The notes beneath the pieces were generated by a model. That model worked only from the letters and a program-made list of their open reading frames with translations, did not search any database and was not told the DNA's origin. A stretch of 63,539 nucleotides of DNA, counting the filler, from Folioceros fuciformis (taxonomy: Eukaryota): the NCBI GenBank assembly GCA_049999805.1. It is 13 parts of 13 records of this genome, joined end to end, with 100 filler letters (N's around TTAATTAATTAA, not from the genome) between each part and the next. Parts side by side here need not be neighbours in the genome. Positions count along the whole stretch, not along the records: positions 45,378 to 50,351 come from JBNGIO010004492.1; positions 50,452 to 54,838 come from JBNGIO010004493.1; positions 54,939 to 56,336 come from JBNGIO010004495.1; positions 56,437 to 57,716 come from JBNGIO010004497.1; positions 57,817 to 59,115 come from JBNGIO010004498.1; 8 more parts are not named here. The stretch is one strand, 5' to 3'. Positions 46,134-59,215 of the stretch are shown in pieces. Positions within the stretch are counted from its first letter, which is position 1, and the number at the start of each line of letters is the position of its first letter. The translations under genes were made by a program, and so were the position numbers.

Positions 46134-48419
46134 TCCCTTCAGAGCATCTAGCAACCCTTCAAAGACCCGTCTCGCCTCACCATTATTCAAGCTACTAATC
46201 TAACCTAATCTTCTAACCATTTCACCACAGGACTCACTCAGAGATTCCCAAAAAGAGAAATCCTACCATTTTCCAAGGACCTATTCAGCATGAGGAGTCC
46301 ACACCTCATACGGAGACCATGATTATGCAGCTGTTGATTAGCTCATGGATCCAAGGGCAAGAGTAGTTCCACGCCTTCTCCACACAAGACTTCAAAAATT
46401 GTGCTTGCACTTATTTGTGCTTCTTAAAACAAAGCAAAGAGGTAGAATGCATGCATTCCATTGAAAACATCACCTGCTTCCATATTTTTGCATAAGAACC
46501 CTTTGAGCTGCATAGCCTCGTTGCCCCATTAAGTGATAGACAGCTAGTTGATCCATAGGTTAAATAGGCCAACACTCCAAGCATGTCCTCACTAAGATAA
46601 TGAAACAAGAGGAGTGCCTATTGCTTCATTGAAACCAAAAAGAGCAGCTTAATATGTTAAAAGCACTTGGGAGGAAGGGAAAACCTATTATAACCATTCT
46701 TCGATTACATACGAAAAACCACGACCCATGATAAAAAGTGTGTTGACTCTTATGAGATGCCCCTGTACATCATAGTCTACAAGCATCTACATTGGTGACC
46801 ACAAGCAAATTGTCCCATCAATCAACATTCTGGAGGCTAGCTTGAAAAATAGCCATACCATAGCTCAAACCTTGGGGGGAATTCCTAAAGTAAACCACAA
46901 CAATTTAAGAGTGGCCTTGCGGCAGTGGACAATTAAGTGTAGTCTATGGGCCAAAGGTTCACGCTTAGCCAACTCACAAACCTAAACCATCCATTGGTAC
47001 ACCTCGGAAATACAAGAATTGAACAAGGATATGCCCTCCTTTCACGTTCCTCCTTGGCTTTGAAGGATACAGAATCATGTCTAGCCTAAGCACTAGTTGC
47101 TAGTTTTCAGCCAATTGTAGCCAACTTTGGGGAGGAAGAGGAGAGCTGCTCATCGATTGAGTATTGGAACTTTCATAATGTGTTCGCTAGCATCCAGCCT
47201 TCTACGTGCAAGAAAGGATTGTAATCTAACAAAGACATCCTTGTAGGCCTGCCTCCTTGCATCTACCAGCTCCCCCAAGTCTCCTCGAAGTATATATAAC
47301 AGAAAAGGATTGCCATTGGTTGGGAGGATACCTCCTCCCAACCCATATCGCTTAATCAAATTCTTGACCAGAATCCTCCATATATCAATGGTACTAGCCT
47401 TCTTCTGAGGTTTCAAACACATGTGCAACCCCTGATTCTCCAACACAACATGGGGAATCCTCATGGGGTGTCAACACTTATGCCCTTAGCTCTTCTTGCA
47501 CCCAAGCAAAAACAGAACTAACATATCTCTTAGGGAGGGAGAAAGCAATCATACAAGATCTTTCCCACCCACTTCCCTAAGTTGGGTGCTTGTTTCCTAG
47601 TTGTGGCATCAGGTTCATCGGCGGGTGTTCAGTCATTACGAGAGAGAGGCGGATACCCAACTTTAACCTAAGCCTTCTTAGATCTAGCCAAGGGTTGTGC
47701 GGCCTATTGGAGCTGAGACGAGCTCTAATGGGGAGGCCTGTGATTTAGTAAGTCGCCTGCCCATGGGCGGCACCATGCCAAAACCTTTTGCCACATGCAA
47801 CCTGGTAAGGCTGCTGAGGGTACTGTTCAATTGCTAGAAATGTCGAGGAGGGTGGCTCCAATCTTGCAATGCAATGGCAGATGCGCCTGAGCGGGAGGGT
47901 GCGCCACTGAAGGAACTACTCAGCCTGTCATGTGGCAAAGGACGTCAGAGTGTTGAGCAACACGGGTAGTGATGGTCTAATGGCATGGCTAGGAGGAGCA
48001 TCCGATTACTGGAAAGCCTGAGGAGAAGTTCTCAAGAGATTGACGGTTGGTGCATTGTGCCTAGGCATTTGGATTGGACTCAAAGGCTTCATCCACCTGC
48101 TGTGCGCCATGCAAGTATCTCTGCTGTTGCTGTGTCACTGTTTGTCTTTCGAGCAACCAAGTGGTTGAGTATTTTGCCCAAGCTTAATCCACCAAATGCA
48201 CTTCCTTAACTTACTAGACTCCAATCTAGTATGATTGTCCGCCCTCGTGATCTTTGCATGTAGTCTTAGCAGATCCATCACATTGTGCTGCTAAGCCGGC
48301 AGCAGTGGATACAAATTGAGGCATGTGCCAACCTAGCCACCATATAAGTATATCACGAGTCAAAGCAAGCAGAAAAATCACACAATCCTACCCCATGCAT
48401 ATGGAGGTATTGTGGGTGC

Positions 48420-49940
48420 TTAGGTAATCCCTTAGTCAATATATCTACCGTGTTCAATTTTGTACTGATGTATCCCACCTTGATCACACCACGGGAGACC
48501 ACATCCTTGATCTAGTGATGTTGGATCTCTATGTGTCTACTCTGGGTGTGGAAGGTAGGTTTAGTCACTAATTCAAGTGTTGATGTGTTATCACAGAGAA
48601 TTAAGGTGGGCTGTGCCTGTTCCTAACCAAGGTCTGCCAAGAAGATACGTTCCCATTCTGCTTCTTTAGCTACATCGGTAAGGAATTTGTACTTAGCTTC
48701 TGTTGAGCTAATTGCAATGGTAGTCTATTTTTTACTGCTCCATCTGACAACTGCTAAAGCAAGAAGGAAAAAATGGGTGGATAGGCTTCTCCTTGAGTAG
48801 GAGTTTGATGCCCAATCAATAACTAAAAATCTAGCTAAGGTGAGTTGCTACAGACCACTTCATTTGTACATCAACCCATAGTGAATTGTGCCTTGAAGAT
48901 AAGAGAAAATGCATTTAACTGCAGCCCAATGGCTCCTTCCAAAATTTTCCAAGAATTGGGAAACAATACTACTGAATATTGTATGTCAGGCCTAGTTCAA
49001 TTGGCAACAAAGATTAGGTTTTCCACTGCATTCCTGTAAGGCACACCTTCCATATCCTTCAACTCTTTACGTGTTTGTGGACACTACTATCGTGTGAGCT
49101 GAGCTCCTTTTGCATAGGGTGTAGTGGCGGGCCTAGCCTGGTCCAAGTTGAACCTCCTTAATATCTCATTTATGTATTTATATTGGTGTATAAACATGAG
49201 TCCATAATCGGGTACGCATAGTAGCTGGATACCTAGGCAATACTTCAGTTCGCCTATATCCTTCATGTCAAATTTGCTGTGAGCTTCTCTTTAACTGCTG
49301 ACAGTAATTTCTAGTCATTCATGGCAAGGATGAGGTCATCTACATACAAGACCAGAAGAACTATGGAAGAGCCTTGGGTAAGTTTGTAGACATTTGTGTT
49401 AGCAGTATTCTGAACAAAGTTGACAGTTAGAAGATATAAGTGCATGGTGATATACAAAACTCTTCCGCTTTGCTTCAACCCATAGATGCACTTTAGAAGT
49501 CTTAACACCTTTTGTGGATGTGTAGGATCTTCATATACCTGTGGCTAGAGCATATACAACTTCTCATCCAAGGCACCATACAAAAACTCGTTACACATCC
49601 ATCTGTTCAAGGTCAAGGTCAAATTCTATTGCATATGCCAGGATTAGGCAAATAGATTGGCTGCAAATCTTTGGAGAAAAAGTGTCGTGGTAATCAAGTC
49701 CCTCCACTTGAGTGAAACCTTTGGTAACCAATATTGCTTTGAACCTTGCAACCTCACCCTTGGCATTGAGTTTTAACTTGAAAGTCCATTTGCAAGAGAT
49801 GGCATTATGTCTAGTTGGGAGGTTTGCAAGTTCCCAAGTCTTGTTCTTAACAAGGGAATGATATTCATCCTCCACTACAGCCTTCCATTGCACATGTTTT
49901 GGACTACTAAGATCATGGGTAAGAGTAGTAGGCTCTTTAG
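48420..49940 (-). mobile_element. Degenerate Ty1/Copia reverse transcriptase and RNase H
   Basis: WKAVVEDEYHSLVKNKTWEL, CKWTFKLK, KGFTQVEGLDYHDTFSP, QMDV, CIYGLKQSGR, LYVDDL and RNase H CDNTS..FHTQSRHIEI..DILTK. Multiple stops and frameshifts. Confidence 0.92.
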
Positions 49941-50174
49941 GGAGAATTGGGCTAGCAGCAAGGCTTGGAAACCAAATGGGTGCGAAAATCAATGGAGGTG
50001 TATGGGGGTTCCTTGCACTCAGAAGGGGGAGGATGATGGCGAGAGGAACGCCTTGGAGTAGCCTTTGGCTTAGGAGCAAGAGCCTCAACAAGCTCATGAG
50101 GAGCTTGTTTAACTTCTACAGGTAGAAAATCATGGTCAAGAGCCTTTGGAGTGGCCGGGATATGATCAGGCCGA

Positions 50175-50320
50175 GATTACATCGGTTTACATGGTATCAG
50201 AGCCATGCACCAGCCACACAAGATTAGTAAATGCCTAGACGGGATTACATTGGTTTACATGGTATCAAAGCCATGCACTGGCCACACAAGATTTAGCGAA
50301 TGCCTAGGCGGGATTACATC
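50175..50320 (+). mobile_element. LTR end plus tRNA-iMet primer-binding site, tandemly duplicated with a 68-bp period
   Basis: GTTTACA|TGGTATCAGAGCC at 50192 and GTTTACA|TGGTATCAAAGCC at 50260. Confidence 0.65.
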
Positions 50321-51132
50321 GAGAATCGCAAAGCTGAAGATGGGATGGAAGNNNNNNNNNNNNNNNNNNNNNNNNNNNNNNNNNNNNNNNNNNNNTTAAT
50401 TAATTAANNNNNNNNNNNNNNNNNNNNNNNNNNNNNNNNNNNNNNNNNNNNAAAATTGGTTCTCTATTCATCACGAAACACTTACAATCAAAGAACGGGG
50501 GCCTCTGGATCAAGTTCTTCCTTCTACTTATATAGGATGGCAGACGGCTTCTTACCTACCACTAGCCGTGGCCAGCTTTAACTACGCACACCTACCAAGA
50601 GGCTAAGACCTACCAATAGTTGCTAAGGCAGTCTGCGCCGATGAAGATTAGGACTGTCGGTGCCGCCATAGAAGATTCGTTGACCCCCTTTTTCAAAAAG
50701 GTATGGCTAGGATGGCTCTTGAAGGGAGGNNNNNNNNNNNNNNNNNNNNNNNNNNNNNNNNNNNNNNNNNNNNNNNNNNNNNNNNNNNNNNNNNNNNNNN
50801 NNNNNNNNNNNNNNNNNNNNNNNNNNNNNGGGTGGGAATGTTCCCTCCGTAGGTAGGGTACCTACCATTCCTACCCCTCCTCTCGTAGGTAGGTTTCCTA
50901 TGGGAGTAGGTACCCCTCATTGCGTGCTCTTCCTAGCCCATACCAGCTCCTCAGGTTCCCATTGCGAGCTCTCCAGGTCCATACTGCTTTCCTCTTGAAA
51001 GCTTGTTGGTAGAGGTACTGTCTCCAGGGCCTCACGATCGTCATCATGTGGCCCAAGATACCTTCGCCTTGCCAATGCTACCAGTTCCTTGTGATGAGCG
51101 AGTAGACGTTGGTGTAGGTGGAGGTTGCGATT

Positions 51133-53155
51133 CTATTGAGCTAGATCTATGGTATCCATGTCAACAACCCAATCCCCACCCTCGCATCTACTCTTGTAGA
51201 TATCCCGTTCAGCCTCCATCGCCCATACCTTCAACTGTAGGTCAAGGTTTTCTTGATGAGTTGCATGAAGCTTGGTCATGCACCCCGTCAAGTAGGTATA
51301 GTCAGCACGAAACCTACGAGCTTGAACCACCAGCATCCTGTGAATCTTGGTCTGATGCTCAGCTTCTTGTTGTACTTTCTCCTGCTGAAGGTCTTCTAAT
51401 TGGATGGTCAATTGTTCCCTCNNNNNNNNNNNNNNNNNNNNNNNNNNNNNNNNNNNNNNNNNNNNNNNNNNNNNNNNNNNNNNNNNNNNNNNNNNNNNNN
51501 NNNNNNNNNNNNNNNNNNNNNTGCCCTGCTTCAAGTCGTTGCTGGAGTTCCTGGTTCGCTTTAGCATTCTGTGCCTCCAACTCATCTAGCTTGCCTTGTA
51601 AATCCTTTGCAATGTAGACTTGTTCTCGTAGCTGTTCCTCCACCACCTTCCTAGTTTCCTCAGACTGGGCGAGGTCCCTTCGACATACAATGATCTCATG
51701 TGATAAACCTTGTTGGGAAGTTTGCAACGTGGTCACCTGCTGGGTCAACTTCTCCAGTCCTTGCCTTTGCTCACCATCCTTGAGGAGATATTGTTCTCGC
51801 TCCTTTTCCACTTCCTGCACTTTGGATTCTAGTCATGCCTGGTTTGCATCCCGACTTATGTCCTCCTGTAGTAGGGTTGCAATCATTGCACGGGCCTCTC
51901 CCCAATTGATGTGTTGTAGCTGTTGGCCACACTGAATGATGTTGCTCCACACTTCCAACGAAGTATCGTTACCTTGGCTTGTGGCGTGTGCTCCTCGGGC
52001 TACTTCCCAATTCACTAGGCTCCTTCTCCCCAAATCTGGTGCTCCACTGTGTGCTTGCACTACTGGTGTCATCGCCAAATCCCCTACCTGGTACCCTACC
52101 TCAACTATTGGCTGGCTTGGTCCAGGATCCCTCACTGTCTCCATCTCAGTTGGGGCGGAATTTAGGGCTGCGGGGGTGGTAACTAATGGAAGCCTTCGGT
52201 CCCTTTGCTGCTCCATAGGTCTCCGTATCAACGGGGTGTCATCTTCATCAGACTCATCATAGGCTGCCATGGCTGATTCGGAATCAAGTGGGGACTCCTC
52301 ATCCATAAGAGGGGTCGACACTCCACCAGAAATAAAAGCCTCCCCCTGCAACGGGACAACTACAAAAGGTTGTTCTGCCTCCTCCAACTCCTCTTGTGTT
52401 AACAACCCTTCTGTCTTCCATAAGTGCACCAAGTAAGTCGAGAGGTAGCAAGGAGGTGCACTCCCCCCCTCCCTACCGTTCGGCTTGTGCAACTTCTCCC
52501 TGTGGTAGGTATACGCCTCATACATAATTAACCCCCAGTCTGGCTTGGCTCCTTGAGTCACTCTCCAAAGGAAGTGGAGGAAAGCATTGCTGAAATATGA
52601 GGTGCATTGATAGTTCACCAATCCAAGAACAACCTTAGTGAACAACCGCCATTTGAGCTCCTTGATCCTCTCAGTCCTTCACTCGTTTTTGGTTCTTGCT
52701 AGCTCTCCTCCCAACAACAATTCTAGTGCCCCAGATGGTAGGGTGGTGCTGGGTGACCTCTGCTCATCTATGGTTTTATCCAGGATCCCAATACCATCGC
52801 TCTCCTCTTCCGACCTACCATACTTCTGTCGGATGCTCCGGACAGTCCAACACCGAGGGTCAGTCCTCGCGTTTCGTTCAGAAAGGGCTTCCAACTCCTC
52901 CTTCGATTGCTGTAGGTTGGTATAGCACTCCTTCACCAAGCCTTCATGAACATATGACCTGTGTCTGCCATATATCCAGTCAAGCTGGATATTTGCGTCA
53001 CATGCCCAAGTCCGTAGGTCTATCAAATCCCTTGAGTTCAGTTGGCCCCCAAAGCAAGAAAAGGACGGAACATTGGTTTGGGGAGAGTTGCCTGCCCTCG
53101 TGGGTCGTCCCCTACTACCGGAACCCACCTGAGTATTGTTGGAGGTCCGCGCCAT
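51133..53155 (-). pseudogene. Gypsy (Athila/Tat-type) accessory ORF: plant-transposon-protein-like domain plus coiled coil, with two in-frame TGA stops
   Basis: ORFs 52679-53155, 51833-52645 and 51359-51820 share one frame. Motifs VHEGLVKECYTNL, KPDWGLIMY and PCYLSTYLVHL precede an acidic linker and a long heptad region. The last part lies beyond a 100-N gap. Confidence 0.55.
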
Positions 53156-53432
53156 AGTTGATAGAAGAAAACCCCAAGAATGTCGGTTGCCCTCCTTTAC
53201 GCAAGGTTATACCCCTACCTCCGTAGGCAACTGCTCCTAGCTTCTGTGCAGCTGATTTCACGTCCCTTGCACGTTTCTCCCTATGGCTCGCACCACAGCA
53301 AAGCCCTTTCTCTCTCTTTGAGTCCGCTTGGTCACAACAAGTAGGTCCTCGGCGTAGGTGTCTTGTCGCACAACTACTTTCTTATTCCCCGCTATGTCGC
53401 CTTCGGGACGGAATAGTGCAAGAAGCAGTAGA

Positions 53433-53812
53433 TGTAGTTCCCTACGTGGAGGTGAGCACCCTTCGTTGATGGGACACCTTAGGTAGGGACCCCTTTAAAT
53501 ACCCTCTTGTCGTAGTTATACTTCTATATGTAGTAACTGCCCTTAATAGATACCCTACATAGGTGTCCCCTGTAGGTAGCTTGCCCTTCACAACTATATT
53601 TCTTATTTGGGTACTACCTCCCACAGAGATATCCTCCCTATGTGGGCATACCTCCCTACAGGTAGCCATCCCAAAGAAGGTAACTTCTTTATAATACTAC
53701 CCCTTATTATCGTCACTCATCTAACCTACCAAACCAAGACCAAATAAAACTGAAAATGTTATTAGCCGCTCCCTACCTACTGCGGGTATTTGCCAAAAAC
53801 CCGCATTCCACA
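53433..53812 (+). mobile_element. Candidate LTR (TGT...ACA)
   Basis: Purine-rich AAGAAGCAGTAGA, then TGTAG at 53433, TATA-like TTTAAATA at ~53494, AATAAA at ~53743 and TCCACA ending at 53812. There is no second copy in the window to confirm it. Confidence 0.35.
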
Positions 53813-54059
53813 TATATCTTTGGATTCCTCTTGCTGGAGTTTGAGACGGTGAACTGAATCGGTTGCCCTCTTGCGATTTTAAATTCGAGGTTGAGGGGGG
53901 CCACTAGTTCCAGCTTGTTCATCCCCTAGATACGTGACATGTTTCGTGATGGCTCCACATCCTGACCATGCTGCTAGCCCGCTTTCATACCCTAGCGCTA
54001 ACCACGGTAGAAACACTACTTCAGCTACCAATTACCAACTCATTAGGGCACCTTCTTAT

Positions 54060-54270
54060 CTAGAAGACTATGACAAAGTGTTTGTCCAGTGATAGTAAGC
54101 TACTCAACACCACCACATATGTTGCTTTCATTTGGTCTACCAACTCTTCCAACTTATTGATATGTTGTTGAATGACATCACCTTCAAGCCTCTTCAAGTT
54201 TGTGGCTTGTTGTTCCAACAACATCTCATTGACCAAAATTCTCTTCTCATATATGTTGTAGAAGTGTACC
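54060..54270 (-). mobile_element. Degenerate Copia gag (UBN2-like) fragment
   Basis: LLEQQATNLKRLEGDVIQQHINKLEELVDQMKA...VLSSL. Confidence 0.6.
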
Positions 54271-55655
54271 ACACTTCCTTTGAGGTTGCACAAACACTCA
54301 CTCAAATAACACTCACATTTGAGTGAGTGTGTCGTTAGACATGATAAGAAGGATAGTGGCCAACGCTCATCCACAGATTTCTTAATGGTGTAGTATGAAT
54401 GATAATTAACTGATGAACCAAGAAGGAATACTACATATATATTACAGCACAACACAATAGAACAATCAATCATCCAAAATTGATTGTTCTACATTGTGTG
54501 CCATTTAGAGTCTTGAGGACATTCTTCATGCATATGTTAGCCTTTAGCTGAATTAGTGGGAGTAATGATGGTCTTATGGAGAGTGTCATTTGCACTCTTG
54601 AGAACATTCTTCATGCATATGTTAGCCTTTAGCTGAACTCAAGGGAACACTTGACAGTGCTACAACATGTGTCATTTGGACTCTATAGAACATTCTTTGC
54701 TGAATTAGTGGGAGCAATTTCCATGAAGTCTTACCTTTTATTGTTTTATGAGTTTTAATCTAGCACTTACATTATCCGCAACATTGCCCAATGTTGATAA
54801 AACATCTACTAAATTTAAATTTCTTCACCACCGTGCCCNNNNNNNNNNNNNNNNNNNNNNNNNNNNNNNNNNNNNNNNNNNNTTAATTAATTAANNNNNN
54901 NNNNNNNNNNNNNNNNNNNNNNNNNNNNNNNNNNNNNNAGGTAACCTTGACATTAGTTCACTCCCTTGGGAGCGAATCATAAGACTGCAACGATAATAAG
55001 GGGAAGTGTGGCCCCTTGGTGGTTCTTGGGTGCAAGTTTCACTCCACACTACCTTCCTCCCATCATATTGATTGCCTCCATGAAGAGGAGCCCCATGGGC
55101 CCTTACTACCTTCCTCCCATCATATTGATTGTCTCCATGAAGAGGAGCCCCATGGGGCCTTACTACCTTCCTCCCATCATATTGATTGCCTCCATGAAGA
55201 GGAGCCCCATAAAGTCCCACCTGAAGAATTGCTAGGGGAGCCACATGATGAAGGAGGAGGGGAGCCACATGAAGAAGGAGGAGAGAAGAAAGCAAGGTCT
55301 CTCACACATGTCAATAGGATCGACTCCAGTCTATGTGCAAGTGTAGGAGAGGAGAGGGTGGTATTGGTGGTCATTGTTAAGCATAATTAATGTTGAGATT
55401 AATTAGTGCTAATCCAGCTTATTGAGTTAGTACTAATTAGTGGTAAGAGTGATTAAGATTATGATTAATATATATATATATAGCTTATTAGACTTTGCTA
55501 TGTTAGGCAAAAAAAGTATTGTAGGGTTTGGGGTCATTTATCCCATATTGGGCACNNNNNNNNNNNNNNNNNNNNNNNNNNNNNNNNNNNNNNNNNNNNN
55601 NNNNNNNNNNNNNNNNNNNNNNNNNNNNNNNNNNNNNNNNNNNNNNNNNNNNNNN

Positions 55656-55880
55656 ACCCATAGGTCCATAAAAGAAGGGATGAACCCACTTAGTATATGC
55701 AGGCTAACTCCCTCTTCACTTGTATTGTGTTGTTTTTGTAATTCTCCTTTTATTTGAGTTTAAGAGCCTTGTTATAGTGCTCTTAGTTTTAGGATTCTGC
55801 ATCTTGCTTCAACTAACTTATTTTAACCCAACTAACTTATTTTAACCTCCTTTGAGCATGGCGGGGGTGACATCTCAACA
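55656..55880 (+). mobile_element. 3' part of an LTR ending ...CAACA
   Basis: An inverted copy begins TGTTGAGATG at 56120. Further copies of its 5' part lie at 57818-57900 and 58738-58820. Confidence 0.65.
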
Positions 55881-56119
55881 TGGGACCTTCGGCCCTACTC
55901 CCATTTCTCATTATGGTAGACAATGGGCCCTACTCCCNNNNNNNNNNGTAGACAATGGGCCCTACTCCCATTTCTCATTATGGTAGACAATGGGATAAAT
56001 GGGAATTCCGTAAATGGTTATTGGGATCTTCTCAAAAGGTACATTCTCTGCGGTTCCATGGATTTTACAAAATATTATCACAAAACATGGTGCAAGCCCA
56101 TAAGGGAACAAGTTGGTGT

Positions 56120-56336
56120 TGTTGAGATGTCACCCCCGCCATGCTCAAAGGAGGTTAAAACAAGTTAGTTGAAGCAAGATGCGGAATCCCAAAACTAAGA
56201 GCTTAAACTCAAATAAAAAGGAGAATTACAAACCCAAAACTAAGAGCATTATAACAAGGCTCTTAAACTCAAATAAAAAGGAGAATTACAAACCCAAAAC
56301 TAAGAGCACTATAACAAGGCTCTTAAACTCAAATAA
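56120..56336 (-). mobile_element. Second copy of the same LTR end, opposite orientation
   Basis: Reverse complement of ~55735-55880, with an internal ~60-bp duplication. Confidence 0.65.
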
Positions 56337-56435
56337 NNNNNNNNNNNNNNNNNNNNNNNNNNNNNNNNNNNNNNNNNNNNTTAATTAATTAANNNNNNNN
56401 NNNNNNNNNNNNNNNNNNNNNNNNNNNNNNNNNNN

Positions 56436-57716
56436 NTAGGAATGGACGGATGTTCACTCTGGATGCATCCATTCCAGAGCTAAATGCAGCAATGTTTACA
56501 AATGATGCAAGTGCCATACGTGATGTTGAAATATGGCATAAGAGGATTGGGCATGTGAACATAGAGAAGCTGAAATCTATGCAACATAAAAGTGTGGTGG
56601 AAGGATTGCCCAAGTTCAAGTATGTTGATCTTTGTCATGTGTGTTCTGCATGTGAATTTGGAAAACAGTCAAGGTTTCCATTTGTGCAACACGTGCAGAA
56701 CAGCTCGAGACCTTTGCGATTGATACACTCTGATGTATGGGGTCCTTCACAGAATGCATCGTTTGGAGGAGCCCACTACTATGTCTCCTCATTGATGATT
56801 TCAGCAGGTACACGTGGCTGTACATACTGAAGCATNNNNNNNNNNNNNNNNNNNNNNNNNNNNNNNNNNNNNNNNNNNNNNNNNNNNNNNNNNNNNNNNN
56901 NNNNNNNNNNNNNNNNNNNNNNNNNNNNNNNNNNNCTCCATCTCTTGTCTAAGATCAGATGGAGGGGGAGAATATGTCTCAAATGAGTTTGACAGGTATC
57001 TTGCCGAACATGGTATACGAAGACAGCTGCGGACTTGCAGATACGCACCACAGCAGAATGGTGTTGCAGAGAGGAAGAACAGGGTAGTCATAGAAACAGC
57101 AAGGGCAATGCTGAATGAGAAGTGCTTACCTAATGATTATTGGGCAGAAGCAGTGATGACAGCAGTGTATGTACTAAATCGAACTCCTACGGCAGGAATT
57201 CATGATGCTACACCAATNNNNNNNNNNNNNNNNNNNNNNNNNNNNNNNNNNNNNNNNNNNNNNNNNNNNNNNNNNNNNNNNNNNNNNNNNNNNNNNNNNN
57301 NNNNNNNNNNNNNNNNNTAGGAATGGACGGATGTTCACTCTGGATGCATCCATTCCAGAGCTAAATGCAGCAATGTTTACAAATGATGCAAGTGCCATAC
57401 GTGATGTTGAAATATGGCATAAGAGGATTGGGCATGTGAACATAGAGAAGCTGAAATCTATGCAACATAAAAGTGTGGTGGAAGGATTGCCCAAGTTCAA
57501 GTATGTTGATCTTTGTCATGTGTGTTCTGCATGTGAATTTGGAAAACAGTCAAGGTTTCCATTTGTGCAACACGTGCAGAACAGCTCGAGACCTTTGCGA
57601 TTGATACACTCTGATGTATGGGGTCCTTCACAGAATGCATCGTTTGGAGGAGCCCACTACTATGTCTCCTCATTGATGATTTCAGCAGGTACACGTGGCT
57701 GTACATACTGAAGCAT
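56436..57716 (+). mobile_element. Ty1/Copia GAG-pre-integrase and integrase fragments
   Basis: IWHKRIGHVN, CSACEFGKQSR, LIHSDVWGPS, LRSDGGGEY and PQQNGVAERKNR. 56436-56835 is repeated at 57318-57716. Confidence 0.92.
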
Positions 57717-57899
57717 NNNNNNNNNNNNNNNNNNNNNNNNNNNNNNNNNNNNNNNNNNNNTTAATTAATTAANNNNNNNNNNNNNNNNNNNNNNNNNNNN
57801 NNNNNNNNNNNNNNNNAGTGCCACCCATAGGTCCATAAAAGAAGGGATGAATCCACTTAGTATTTGCAGTCTAACTCCCTCTTCACTTGTATTGTGTTG

Positions 57900-59115
57900 T
57901 TGAAGAATTTTCTTAAATACTCTCCTTCCCCATCAGTTCGAAGTTTCTTCAAATTCTTTCCGGTTTGTTTCTCTGCAGACGCCCTGAACATCTGAAATGC
58001 TTGGAGAGCATCACTCTTCTTTCGCAGGAATGCTTGGAGAGCATCACTCTTCTTCCGCAAGAAGAACACCGCTGTTCTCCTGCTGTAGTCGTCGATAAAT
58101 GAGATAACATCTGAAATGCTTGGAGAGCATCACTCTTCTTCCGCAGGAAGAACACCGCTGTTCTCCTGCTGTAGTCGTCGATAAATGAGATATANNNNNN
58201 NNNNNNNNNNNNNNNNNNNNNNNNNNNNNNNNNNNNNNNNNNNNNNNNNNNNNNNNNNNNNNNNNNNNNNNNNNNNNNNNNNNNNNNNNNNNNNAAAGAT
58301 CAGAAAGATCAGAGTGGACAAGTTCCAGGACTTCTTTTGCTCTCTTCGTGACTGAAACATAAGACTTTCGGGGATGCTTGCCTTTCATGCAGGCATCACA
58401 CAAACCAAGTCTGCCTTCTGGAGCTCCATGCTTGTCACGAACTTCTTCCGCTCCATCTCCAAGAGAAATTTCAAGTTGGTATGCTAGAACCGTGTATGCC
58501 ACAATAGGACATTTCCACCTTTCTCTGACACTGTCAGAACCTCTTGGTCATCGAGAACCTCCATCTGGTACAGGTTCCCTGTACAATGGTCTTTTGCCAC
58601 CACATCGCCGTGCACCTTTTGCCACCACATCGCCGTGNNNNNNNNNNNNNNNNNNNNNNNNNNNNNNNNNNNNNNNNNNNNNNNNNNNNNNNNNNNNNNN
58701 NNNNNNNNNNNNNNNNNNNNNNNNNNNNNNNNNNNNNAGTGCCACCCATAGGTCCATAAAAGAAGGGATGAATCCACTTAGTATTTGCAGTCTAACTCCC
58801 TCTTCACTTGTATTGTGTTGTTGAAGAATTTTCTTAAATACTCTCCTTCCCCATCAGTTCGAAGTTTCTTCAAATTCTTTCCGGTTTGTTTCTCTGCAGA
58901 CGCCCTGAACATCTGAAATGCTTGGAGAGCATCACTCTTCTTTCGCAGGAATGCTTGGAGAGCATCACTCTTCTTCCGCAAGAAGAACACCGCTGTTCTC
59001 CTGCTGTAGTCGTCGATAAATGAGATAACATCTGAAATGCTTGGAGAGCATCACTCTTCTTCCGCAGGAAGAACACCGCTGTTCTCCTGCTGTAGTCGTC
59101 GATAAATGAGATATA
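57900..59115 (-). mobile_element. Ty1/Copia integrase fragments joined to an LTR piece
   Basis: LLWHTRF, CDACMKGKH, LELVHSDL and FLRKKSDALQAF..KKLRTDGEGEY. Confidence 0.88.
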
Positions 59116-59215
59116 NNNNNNNNNNNNNNNNNNNNNNNNNNNNNNNNNNNNNNNNNNNNTTAATTAATTAANNNNNNNNNNNNNNNNNNNNNNNNNNNNN
59201 NNNNNNNNNNNNNNN

